Shown here: piece after piece, positions 1 through 11,472 of the stretch
How positions within the stretch are numbered: the stretch's first letter is position 1
How the letters are laid out: every line of letters begins with the position of its first letter
From: Rebecca billardiae RCC1528
Taxonomy: Eukaryota > Protista > Haptophyta
Assembly: GCA_965240325.2 (NCBI GenBank)
Contig: OZ251241.1
Coordinates: 558,001 to 622,000 of the forward strand
DNA: 64,000 nt
Direction: 5' to 3'
Program-made: the position numbers and the translations under genes
Notes under the pieces: generated by a model
Database searches by the model: none
What the model saw: the letters and a program-made list of their open reading frames with translations, nothing else
Told to the model about the DNA's origin: nothing

Positions 1-899
1 ACTCATCAGTGTCTGCTGTTCATCAGTGACGGAGAGTGACTGAGTGAGCCCAGTGACTCTGTGCAACTCGGTCCGACCCGCCGGCGCGTCGCAGAATAAT
101 ACATGCAGAATTATTCATATATATATCGATCGATCATCATCAGATATCGATAGATCGCGATATCGATATGAGCAACGCATATATCCCCACTGGGCGGAAG
201 TGCGGACGGGTTACGGTAACGCCGAAAATCGATTTCTTTACTGTGAGAATTGCGCGCTTGTCCCGCCATCAGTGGCACTGAAAACTAATAAAAGTGAAAT
301 AATACATCACTATGATACTGATGTCTGATAGTGATAGCCCAGGCTGCGGCTGCTGCTAGCAGTAGCAGCTGTCGGTCATGTACGTGCGCAGCTCACTGCT
401 CAGGCGTACGGAGCTCAGCAGCTGTGCCCCGCGGCAGCGAGGACTCTACGGCAGTGAGGAGACTCAGTACAGAGTACTCAGTACAGTAGACACGGACCGA
501 GACGAACGGTTAATAATAGTTATTGAAGCCTTAGCGCGCCCGCCGCGTATCCATGATTCCATCCGAATTCCGCACCGCCTGCCTGCTATATCCGTTATAC
601 GTATCGGTCAATGTCAATTGTATCGGTATGTATGTATGTATATATGTATATTATATGATCGGCTACGACGCCGATCTTCGGGTAGTGAACAACGAAGTTG
701 AGGGCGCACGGCCCTAGCAGCCGGCTTGTGACGACACGGTCGGACGGTCGGACGGTGCATGCGCCGTGCAGCCGAGTCACACTGGCGAGTCAGCCGACTG
801 CCAAGTGCTCGGCTCAGTGTGAACGGCGACGCAGCTGAGGCAGAGCGGCGCGCAATAAGATCCGACAGCCGGGCGGCGGCGCCGGGGGTGCACGCGAGC

Positions 900-1960
900 T
901 CGCACGCGCGTTGTGTGCGCAGCCGCGCTGCGCGCAGAGCAGCCACAGCGCCGCGCCCGACCACTTCGCGAGAAGGCAGAAGCCGCTCGGCGCCGCGCGC
1001 GGCGGCCGAGCAGCGGCGCCTCCGCGGCGCGCGCCGCGCCGCCGCCGCCCGCCTCAGCCAGGACCACGGCGCGCGAGCGGCTTGCGGCTTGCGGCGGCGG
1101 CGGGCAGCGGCGGCTCGGCGAGCGCGCACAGCGCTCCCTCGAGCGAGTCCATAGCCGCGCGAGCGCGCCCGCACGGCCGAGCGCCGCGGGTCGCGCGCCG
1201 CGCGCCATCGCCCACACGGCCGCGGCCGCGTGCGCCGCCGTCCGCCACGAGGGCGCGGTGCAGTGGTGCGAGCCACAGCGCCGCGCCCGACCACTGCGCG
1301 AGAAGCCGCTGCGCCGCGCGCGGCGGCAGCAGCGGCGCCTCCGCAGCGCGCCACGCCGCCGCCGCCGGCGCGCCTCGCCGCGGCCGCGGCGCGCGAGCGG
1401 CCTGCGGCTTGCGGCGGCGGCGGGCAGCGGCGGCTCGGCGAGCGCGCACAGCGCTCCCTCGAGCGAGTCCATAGCCGCGCGAGCGCGCCCGCACGGCCGA
1501 GCGCCGCGGGTCGCGCGCCGCGCGCCATCGCCCACACGGCCGCGGCCGCGTGCGCCGCCGTCCGCCACGAGGGCGCGGTGCAGTGGTGCGAGCCACCACA
1601 GCGCCGCGCCCGACCACTGCGCGAGAAGCCGCTGCGCCGCGCGCGGCGGCAGCAGCGGCGCCTCCGCAGCGCGCCACGCCGCCGCCGCCGGCGCGCCTCG
1701 CCGCGGCCGCGGCGCGCGAGCGGCCTGCGGCTTGCGGCGGCGGCGGGCAGCGGCGGCTCGGCGAGCGCGCACAGCGCTCCCTCGAGCGAGTCCATAGCCG
1801 CGCGAGCGCGCCCGCACGGCCGAGCGCCGCCGCGTACGTCGGGTCACGCGCCGCGCGCCATCGCCCACGGCGGCCCGGCGGACGCCGTCACTCACGCCGG
1901 GCGCCGCCGTCCGCCACGAGGGCGCGGTGCGGTGGCGCACGCGGCGGGCTCGGCGGGGTC
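900..1960 (-). repeat. ~3 tandem copies of a ~320-bp GC-rich unit; possibly a frameshifted armadillo-repeat pseudogene
   Basis: CTCGAGCGAGTCCATAGCCGCGCGAGCGCGCCCGCACGG recurs at ~1138, ~1458 and ~1781 (periods 320 and 323, not multiples of 3). Minus-strand peptides (AAAAVWAMA..ALGRAGALARL, GAALWWLA..HRALVADGG) resemble ARM helices but lie in different frames. Confidence 0.75.
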
Positions 1961-2764
1961 GAGCGCATTGGTGATGCCTCGCACGGGAGTCCGATTTTAA
2001 AGTGACGGTTCACGACTCGCAACTCGCGCTTATTATTATGGTTTCAGGCTGCTCACATCTCACGCGGGTGATCACTAATCACCCCTACAATTTACAGGTG
2101 ATTAACAAGCCAGTTGGAGACCACGCTGATTGGCTTTGTGAATCGGAGCTCGATATCAAGAAGCCAGGCTTCTTGATTCTGTTCACCGATGAATTGTCCT
2201 ATGACTACTCATGCTGAATATGGGCATGAGAATCTTGGGTTAAAACCGCAAAATTTGGATTTCCCCTTTCAAGCTGTCCAGGACACACTCGTTTTCAGAG
2301 AGCTGTTAATCCTCGCAGATGGAGGTACGTCGAATGCCACCCACATTAAGCCAATTGAAGGCCAGGCGCGCGGGAACGTCGATTCAAGCTACCCGCGCAA
2401 TACCATATCGCGTCGCTTTGATGAATCTGAGGAGTGAACAGCTATCCAGAGAATTAGTTCGATATCTCACCTTTTTTATGGTCAGTCCAACACACGAATC
2501 TTGACTATCAGAATGGTATCAGAGATGACTTCGTCCTATTTGATTCCGATTTCTTCTATTACTTACTATCCAAGGATTAAGGAGCAGTACAAACGCAATC
2601 ATGAGCAGCGATATGGACTCAAATGCTGCGGTTTCACACCTAAATCCACCTACAAAAATCCCCCAAATCCTGCGCGCATCCTCTTTTTTGATTTGCGGAG
2701 CACGTGCGCCGCCCCCCCCGGGCTTTCGCTCACGCTCAGACCTTTCGGGGGGGCCGTGCGCCAT

Positions 2765-2769
<5 letters not shown>

Positions 2770-2814
<45 letters not shown>
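2770..2814. repeat. (TA)n microsatellite
   Basis: Perfect TA run ~20 bp downstream of the lipase stop codon. Confidence 0.95.
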
Positions 2815-2816
<2 letters not shown>

Positions 2817-2833
2817 CCGTCATCATCATCACG

Positions 2834-4943
2834 TCAGTCGGGCCGTGCTGTTGCATTCAGCCAGCTCTTGACGTACTGCACGACCGCGTCCGCGGTCGCG
2901 TCGCGCGCGTACGCGCCGAGGCCCGCGATCTGCGTCGCGTTGGTCGACAGCCCGATGGTGAGCGGGATCGGCGCGTTATTCGAGAGGATCAGCAGGTCGA
3001 CCGGCGTGCCGGCGGACACGTCGAACGCGGCGTTGGCCACCGTGTGCGTCTTCAGCACCGCCGCCTGCGTGAAGTTGGTGCCGGCGAGCGGCGCCACCAC
3101 GACCTGCGCCCAGCTGGCGGCGAAGACGCGCTGGCTGGGCGTCGTCCAGCTGCGCGCAAACGGCGGGTCGGTGAAGAGCTTGGCGATGGCCTCGTTCACG
3201 CAGCCGGCGGGCACGTCGCAGTCGACGTTGCCCGTGAGCACCAGCCGGATCTTCCGCCCCGTGCCCGCCGCGCGCTGCAGCGCGCCCACCGTCTGCGCAG
3301 TCGCGACGCCGTCGGCATACCCACCGTCCGCGAGCCGCGCGCGCGGGAACGGACAGGTGCGCTCGTCAAAGCGCAGCGGCAGGTGCGCCTTGGCGCACGG
3401 GGCGAGGTCGGCGAGGTAGGCGAGCGAGGAGACGGCGCACTCGCCCACGACCTGGAAGATGCACGGGAAGAAGTTCCACACCGTGATCGCCGCGCACGTC
3501 TCGTCCAGCACGCGCGTGCACGCGGCCGAGCGCCCCGGCTGTGCGCGCGCCGCGGCCATCAGCTCGTGCGCCGCGCGCCCGATGGCGGACAGGTCGGACG
3601 CGATGAGCTCGTCCGGCGGCGAGTCGGGCATGGTGTGCTCCATCAGCTCGCCGAGCACCGCCTTGGTGAGGTTGAGCGAGCCGGCGAACGCCGCGAACGC
3701 CGACGACATCGCCGTCACCAGCCAGAGCGGCGGCGCCTTCCCGCCGAGCAGCGGCACGCTCTCCTCCTCCACGTACTCGGCGCCCGGCGGCTCGAGCGCG
3801 CTCAGCGCGCCAAAGCTGCGCACGGCGGCGGAGGTGCGCCAGCCGGCGGCGGCGGCGGCGCGGGGGTCGGGCTGCTCACGCAGCGTGCCCGGGATCGCCC
3901 ACATCAGCGGCGCCGTGAGGTACGGCGCCGGCTGCCCCGCCGCGTTAAGCCGCCACGAGTTGGCAGGCCCGCTGATGCCCTCCACGTACCGTCCGAGCTT
4001 GGGCTTCAAGCGCATCAGCTCGCGGAACACACCCGCGCCGTTCACGGTGGAGGCGGTGAGGTTGGCCAGCTGGAAGCGGAGCTCGGGCGCGCGCAGCCCG
4101 CCCACGCGCGCGCGCAGCGTCGCCGGCCGCGACGCCATCGCCGGGTCCGCCAGCTCGAGCATCCGGCTCACGAACAGCGCCCACGAGCCCTGGAACTCAG
4201 AGGCCAGGTTCAGCGCGCTCGCCAGCTCATCGATGGCCGTGACGCACGCGTCCGCGTGGACGCGCGGGTCGGCCTCGCAGAGCTGGCGCAGCACGCGCGG
4301 GCCGAGCGCGCGCAGCGCCTCGAGCGCCACGTACACGCCCTTGAGCACGCCTGCCGCCAGCCCGTCGCCCACCCACTCGTCGATGTCGGTCAGGATCTCA
4401 CTCATCGGCCTCTGCAGCAGCGGCGCCTGCACGCGCATCCACTCGACGACGAGGCGCTGCATGTCGGTGACGCCGGTCACGTTGGCGTAGAAGCGCTCGC
4501 TGTATGCTGCGACGACAGGCGGCGCGTAGCGCTCGCCGCGCCGCGCCACGCGTGAGCATTCCGTGCGCGGCGGGCGGCGCGGCGCGGCTCCGCGCGGGAT
4601 GGGCGATCGCGCGCGCACCAAACTGCGCGAGGAACCACGTGCCCCCCGAGATGGACGAGACGATCTCGAGCGTCGGATCATGGATCAGACCGGCACGCGT
4701 CAGGCTGCGCGCATAGCCCATGGCCGCCACCATCGCCCGCCAGCCGCCGCCCTGGATGCACCATGCCATCTTGATTGGCTCTGTCGAATGCACTGGCGCG
4801 GGAGCCGGGGGCGACCGGGCCCACCAGGCGTCGGCCTCCACGGACGGGCTGGACGGGTGCGGGCCGACGAAGGCGATAAAAAGCGCCGCGAGGGCGGAGC
4901 ATAGCACCAGAGCGCCCGCCAGCGCCAGGCGCGCGGGGAACAT
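2834..4943 (-). CDS. Lysophospholipase / cPLA2-patatin-family lipase with N-terminal membrane anchor; exons 4943-4619, 4506-2834
   Basis: GGGWRA oxyanion motif, SISGG nucleophile motif and LADGG Asp motif. GT-AG intron 4618-4507 joins FLAQF-AYSERFY in frame. Confidence 0.85.
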
Positions 4944-5422
4944 CACCGCGGGGTCCAAGCGGCGTTCCGCCCGGCTCGCACCCGGTCGGGTTCAAAAGTC
5001 GAGCACCTGATCCGCGCACTCTATCATAGATAACAGGGTGATCTAATCTCATCCCAGTACCGTACAGAGTCAGACTGACTCAGACTGATCACTGATGACA
5101 CGACTGACAGTCAATGATTCAGAGCTGCCAGGTAGCTTACCGTCTCACTCGTCTGTATGCTGAGTTGCTGACCACGGACGGGCTCAACGTCGTCGGCTGA
5201 GCGCCGCGCCCTGGACAGCGACCTCCTGCCCGCCGTGTCCGACAGCGCCGGTTGGCAGTGCGGCCCACAGTGGCAAGCGCTCGTTGCAGCCCAGAATCAT
5301 GCAGGGGCAGCGCCTCGCCACGCTGGGCGGGCAGCCGGACCGCGCCTTGCCCGCCCACGCGGCCCACAGAGCCGGCAACCTGACCAGCGCGAGCCAGCGA
5401 GCGCCTCCGCAGACCGGAGCGC

Positions 5423-6092
5423 TTACACCTTGAAGCCACGGCTGCGGCGCTTCCCGCGCGCCTTCTCGAACTTCCGGCCCTTCGCACGCACGTACGGCCT
5501 GCGCGGGTGCAGACGCAGAGCGCGCGACAGACGGGCAGGCGGCCATGAGCACACGGGCGGTGGTGGGGCGCGTGCTCGCTCGGCAGCGCGAGCGCGCGCA
5601 CTTGGCGTGGCTGCCCGGGATGCCCGGCGCGCCGAAGTGCTTGTTCGCCTCGCGGTGGCTCTTCGGGCCGCGCAGGAGCACCGTGTTCTCGCCCGTCGGG
5701 CTGCGGAGCGCGAGCTGGTCAAACGACAGGCACTCGCCGCCCGCGTTCACAATGCGCGCGCGCGCCGTGGTGGTGAAGCGCAGCGCGCAGACGCGGAGCT
5801 TGGGCACCTCAAGCAAGCGCACGTCGTCAGTCACGGTGCCCACCACCACCGCCACGTCCTCCGCCCCCTTGCCCTCCATGAACTTGGCGAGCTTTGAGAT
5901 CGAGAGCGGTGGCCTGTTCGCCTTGCTCATGAAGAGGCGCTTCAGCACCGTCTTGTTGAACTTGGCGTCGGTGCGGCGCGCGAGGAAGCGGTAGAGCTTC
6001 ACCAGCAGCGACAGGTAGACATTGCCCGACTTCGGGGCTTTCCGCTGGAACCCCTTGGTCTTCCGCCCGCCGGCCTTAAGGTCGATCCCCAT
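5423..6092 (-). CDS. RPL18: 60S ribosomal protein L18 (eL18); exons 6092-5602, 5498-5423
   Basis: [48 protein letters not shown]; intron 5601-5499. Confidence 0.97.
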
Positions 6093-6347
6093 AGCAGCTG
6101 CGCGTGACCGACGCCCTGCTTTGCGATGCCGCGTGGCCAAGAACAGCTGTCCGGAGCCTTGGAGTCCGGACGAGGGTGGCACAAACCGGACTCATTCGGG
6201 CGAATGAGAACGACGGTTGGCCGCTTGCCCCGCCCTGTCAGAGTTCTCGGGTCGCCGTTTGGCCAGCATTTGGCGGGGCTGGCCGCGAGCTTTTGCGCGA
6301 CGGTGGTGCGAGCTCGGCGTTGGCGACGTGCGGCCGGGGCGAGCGAG

Positions 6348-9300
6348 ATGGCGGCCACGGCGGGCAGCGAGCAGTGGCTCATCTACCTCATCCCGTCGGC
6401 GCGCGTGCAACCGGCCATCGGCTCCGAGGGCTACGTCGAGCTCAGCCTCAAGCCGAAGAACTCGATCAAGGCGGTCGTGCGCCACCTGCACTCCAAGCTG
6501 CGCGCCATTGCGAGCGCGCTCGAGATCCGGGCGGTGCGGCTGGCGCTGCACGGCCGTCCGTGGGGAGAGTCGGTGCAGGCGGGTCTCGTGTGGAACGTTG
6601 ACTCGCCCGCCACCATCCAGGACGTCTGGCTCCGCCTGGGCCAGCCCACGCGCCTGGAGCTCGAGTACGACGCACCGCTGGGCGTACCGGCGCACGTGGC
6701 CGCGCCGCGCGCGCACGCGGCGCAGGCGCCGGTGGCGATGCCGCCGCTGCCGACGATGCCCATCGCACCGACCATGCCGCCCGTGATGATGCCCGCGGCC
6801 GCGGCCGCGCACCCGCCCGCGCTCGCGGCGCGCGCGCTGTTTGGCAACGACCGAGCGCTCGCGCTGTCGCAGATGCACGCGCCGCCCGCGCAGCGGCCGC
6901 CCGCCGCGCCGATGCCTCGGCAGCACACGCGGTGGGCAGGCACACCGACGCTCGCCGCCACCGGGCAGGCCGCGCTCCCGCCTCAGCCGCCCCCGTCCAC
7001 GAGTGCCGGCGGCGCCGCGAGCGCCGAGCGTCCTCTCGCATCTGATGCTCGCACGGCCGCGACCCTGCAAGCACCGCTGCCGCTGCCGCCGCCGCCGCCG
7101 CCGCCGCCGCCGTCGGGGGGCCCGCAGCAGCCGTCCTCGCAGCAGACGCCCGTCCCGCACGCCCCGCCGCACCCTCCGCGCCCTCTCGAGCCGCCGGCGC
7201 CGCCAGCGCCGCCGCCGCCGCCGCCGCCGCGCAGGGTGCTGGAGGCGCAGCCTGCGCCCGCGCCCGCGCCCGCGCCTGCGGCCCTGCCCGCGCCGAAGTC
7301 GGAGCCCGAGCTCGAGCGAAAGACGGCGTGTGCGCAGAGCGCGCGCGCGCCGGTGGCTGTGACGGAGCCGGGCGCGCCGGCGGCGGAGCTCGCGCAGGGC
7401 GGCCCGCTCCCGGGCGGCAAGCTTCGGCCGACGCCGCGCTTCAAGCGCAAGACGGACAAGGGCGGTGCCGCAGCGCGCGCCGGCGTGCCCGGGGCTCAGG
7501 GCGGCGGCGCCGACGCGCCGCCGGCCGCTCGGGCTGCAGAGCCCTCGCCCGAGCCCAGGCCTGAGGCGAAGGTGCTGCAGGAGCGCGCGTGGACGGATGC
7601 TGACGCCGCGCAAGCCGCCGCGCCCGCCGCGGGCGCGGGCGGCGAAAACAGGCCACCGCGACCGCGGCGTGCGGCCGCGCCACGCTCGAACGCGTGGCGC
7701 GGCCTGCCACGAACGCCACCGCTCTCGCCGTGCACGCCACCGGCTGGCTCCCCGCGCGCCGCGGGCGAGCCCGCGCCCATGCCGCACCCGAGTCCGCGCG
7801 CGTGCGCTGCGCACGCGGAGGCGTGCCCGGCCGCCAGCGCGATGGTGGAGCTGATCGAATCGACCAGCACGCACGAGCTCGCTGACCACGTGCTCACGCT
7901 GCTGCAGGCGTGCGGCATGTCGGTGCACCACGCCGCCGACTCCGCGCCGAGCGTGGGCGTGGGCGCGGCCTCGCCGGCGCGCGCAGAGGCGGGCTTCGAG
8001 GGCGCGGGCGGCGCGGGCGGCGGCGGCGGCGGGCGCGTGCGCTCGCTGTTTGCACACGTCACGGGCGGCGCGGCGGCGTGCGCGCCCTTGTCCGCGCCGC
8101 AGCCGTGCTCCGGGCACACCGTCGGCCTCGAGGCGTGCGAGGCTCGGGCGCACGCGCCGCACCAGCTCGGCTACCAGCCGCTGGACGGGCGCGCGGAGCT
8201 GTCCACGCCGGCGCACGAGGGCAGCGCGCCGGGCTCATCGCGGCACGGCGCGGACGCGGTGCGCACGCAGCTCTCCGCAGAGCTGCGTCAGATCCTGGGC
8301 GTGGAGGAGGGCTCCGAGCTGATTGACCTGGATGCCTCGCCGATCGTCGACGAGCTGCTCAGCGAGGAGCCACACGGCGGCGGCGGTGCCGAGGACTGCG
8401 CCGCCGGCGGCGCGGAGGGCGCGCGCGGCGGCTGCGCTGGCGCGGATGGCGGCGCGTCCGCTTGGGGCTGCGGCCACGCGGACCCTGACAGCCTGCAGGC
8501 AGTCAAGCGCGCACTCGACTCCGTGGTGGGGTACGCCGAGCTCGCGCCCGCCGAGGCCGCGAGCTCGTTCCTCTCGCCGTGCGCGCAGCCGGCGGCGGGC
8601 GAGCTGCCGCCGCCTCTCGAGGAGCCGGTGAGCCCACCGCGCGTGCCCGCCCGCCACGCGCGCGCCGGCCGGTTCCGCGCACTCGCGCACCCCGCTGCCT
8701 CGCGCGAGCGCGCGCGCGCTGACGCTCTGCGTTCGCTCCACGCGGCCGCGTGCGCTCCCCTCGTGCGCAGGCAATCACGCCCGCGAGCGGCCAGCCCGTG
8801 CCCAAGACCGCGCCCAAGCGCAAGCGGAAGCGCACGGCCGCCGCGGGCGAGGGCCGGTGCGCGCCCGCCAGCAGCCAGCCGGCAGATGCAGCGAGCACTC
8901 AGCCGGCCAAGCGGCCCGCGGCGCGCAAGCTCGTCACCGCGGCGCGCCCCGCTGCCGAGAGCGGCACGCCCGGCCCGGCGTGCAAGCCAGAGAGCGGGCA
9001 CAAGCCGCCCGCGCCCGCGAAGCGCAGCCGGCCCGCCGCGCACAAGCCCAAGCAGCAGCAGCCGCAGCCGCCGCCTTCGCAGCTCCAGCTGCCGACCAAG
9101 GCCGCGCCCGTGGCGCGCGCGGCTGCCCGTGAGGTGCCGGCGGCTGCGCTGCCGTGCAAGGGTGCTCGGGGTGCGCGCCCGCACGCCGCGCATCACGCTC
9201 GCATCGCGCCTATGCCGCCGCTGCGCCGCAGCCGCGCGCGCGCGCGCGCACGATGGCATCGCCAGCGCTGATCCACGCGCTGCGCGCCCCGCCACCCCTC

Positions 9301-9549
9301 TCCCGCCACGCCTCCGCGCGCGCAGCCGCCCCGCACGCACCGCTCGCGATTGCGCCGGCCGCGCGGCCGTCGCCTGACCAGCCGCACCCGCTGCAGCCTA
9401 CGGCGCTGCTTGGTGGCTGCGACGCCGGTGCGTGGAGCGCCGGGCTCGCGGCGTCGGACTTGGCCATGGAGCACGAGCTGGATGCGGCAATGGACGAGTC
9501 GCTCGAGGCGATTGCGAGCGCGCTCGCCGCAGACGACCTGTGCTTCTAG
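6348..9549 (+). CDS. Pro/Ala-rich putative nuclear protein with an N-terminal TKI1/Cramped-like domain; intron 8628-8770, 3' exon structure uncertain
   Basis: ELSLKPKNSIKAVVRHLHSKL..W..TIQDVWLRLGQPTRLELEYD resembles the conserved TSL-kinase-interacting/Cramped domain. NLS-like PKRKRKR follows an in-frame GTGAGC..CAG intron. Confidence 0.6.
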
Positions 9550-10099
9550 CGCGCGGCACGGCGCACGGCTCGGCGCGGCCGTGGCGCGGGGCTGCGGCCG
9601 CCGCGTGCACAGCTGCCCCGAGCCCGTATTTATTGGTGGCTTTGCTGGCGGCGACCGCCGTGTCGGCCGCGCGCCGTCAGCCGTGCCGCTCGATCGGCAC
9701 TGCGTGTCGGCCGTGCACTCATGCTCAGCCGTTTGGCACGCCGACACGGTCACGGTCGACACGGTGTCAACTGGCTCAACAGTTTGCTAGTCGGCTGTAC
9801 GTGTACCGACTACCGGGCAGGGTGTCGCGCACTGCAGCTGTAATGCTGACATGTCTGCGCATGGCCCCATGCACTCAGAGGCTCCGACTCAGTCGCTGAT
9901 CAACTACAATGCTGAGTCACCTGGCAGTCCCGAGCCCGGGGCGGCGGGGCCCCGGCGCCCGGGCCGGTAACTACCGCCCCGCCGCGCCGCCCCGCCCGGC
10001 GCCCCGGCCGGAAGCGTCGAGACGTCGATGATACTTGATAGTTGAATCGGTAGATGAGTAGAATGCAGATTTGGTACTGGTAAAGTACACCTTATTAAA

Positions 10100-11311
10100 A
10101 TTCCCCTTTATAACGGGCTCCGGGTGATTGATCAGGCTGGCGGCCGAAGCCTCCAGCCCTACCCTGGCCAGCCCCCAACCAACCACCACCCTCACCCAAC
10201 CTCAAACCACTGACCGAGACACCTAGTGTCTTGACACCACTCCACTGTGGACAGCCCGCCTCCAGAGGGGGCGGGGGTATGCCATTGCCAACAACATACG
10301 AGCCCAACACTGTGGGGTGGTCCCAGGTACAAGCAGTGTACGGCCTTCACTAGGCGGCCTTGCAATTCAAGATCATCAAGTTTGAGCCGAGTCGGCAGAA
10401 GGGGCACCCCCTAGGGTGCCCCAGTGTGGGCAGAGGGCCAGCCACTAGCCGATCCCTGCGCGGGGAAGGGAACTGAGGGGACTGTCATCGAGCCCAGTAG
10501 CTGGGCAGGGGTCTGGGCCACTGGCCCTGGCAGCGAGGCGCCTGTATTTCACTCGTGCAGCTATGGAGGCAGAGGGGGTCATGTCAGACATGTGTGCTAC
10601 ATCGGGCAGCAAGTCCGGGCGTGGGCAGCTGTAGGAAGCAAGCAAAGTGGTGGCGATGGCTAATACGCCTGGGGAGGTGTCGTTCGCTCGCCTCTTCCTG
10701 CTGCGCTGTGCAGGGGGTAGCGTGCTCCGCTGCGGCACATTTGCCTGGCGGGGTGGGCAGTGTCGTTTGGGCGGGGGGCTGTCCTGCTGCGCTTGACTAG
10801 GAGGAGGCAGCCCGCGCCTGGGGGCTGCCGGTGGCCTGGCAGAGCCAGCAGGCGGCTGTGCGGCCTGCTGTCCAGTGTCTGACTGTGTAAGGTCGCTATG
10901 AGCTCCGTTACCAGTGTGACTGCCAGCAGCCGGGTCTGCCTCCATCTCATTTTCAGGGCCCCCATGTGTCAACACATTGTCCGGCAGTGGCCCTCTGCCC
11001 ACACTGCGGGGCGCCCTAGGGGGTGCCCAGTCTGCCGACTCGGCTCAAACTCGATGATCTCGAATTGCAAGGCAGTGCACTGCTGGTACCTGGGACCACC
11101 CCACAGTGTTGGGCTTGTATGCTGTCGGCAATGGCATACCCCCGCCCCCTCTGGAGGCGGGCTGTCCACAGCGGAGTGGTGTCAAGGCACTTGGTGTATC
11201 GGTCAGTGGTTTGAGGTTGGGTGAGGGTGGTGGTTGGTTGGGGGCTGGCCAGGGTAGGGCTGGAGGCTTCGGCCGCCAGTCTGATCACCGGAGCCCGTTA
11301 TAAAGGGGAAT
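10100..11311. mobile_element. Foldback/MITE-like element with ~340-bp terminal inverted repeats
   Basis: ~10100-10445 is the reverse complement of ~10985-11311 (ATTCCCCTTTATAACGGGCTCCGG...). Flanked by TTAAA direct repeats (or AATT if the ends are CCCC/GGGG). Confidence 0.88.
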
Positions 11312-11472
11312 TTAAAAAGTTATCCATACACTGATGAATCATAGCGCGCAGTAAAACCAACCGTACCATACGGCGTTATTTACCCCGTTCTCGCCACTCG
11401 CCTCGACGCAGCTCCCGACGCGTCAAACCGGCCGCCCCTGTCCCCCCCGCCCCGCCAAGCCACTTTCATCAA

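Noticed and set aside
900-1960. CRISPR-like or coding repeat array
   Set aside because: Units are ~320 bp with no unique spacers, there are no cas genes, the context is eukaryotic and the frame is not preserved.
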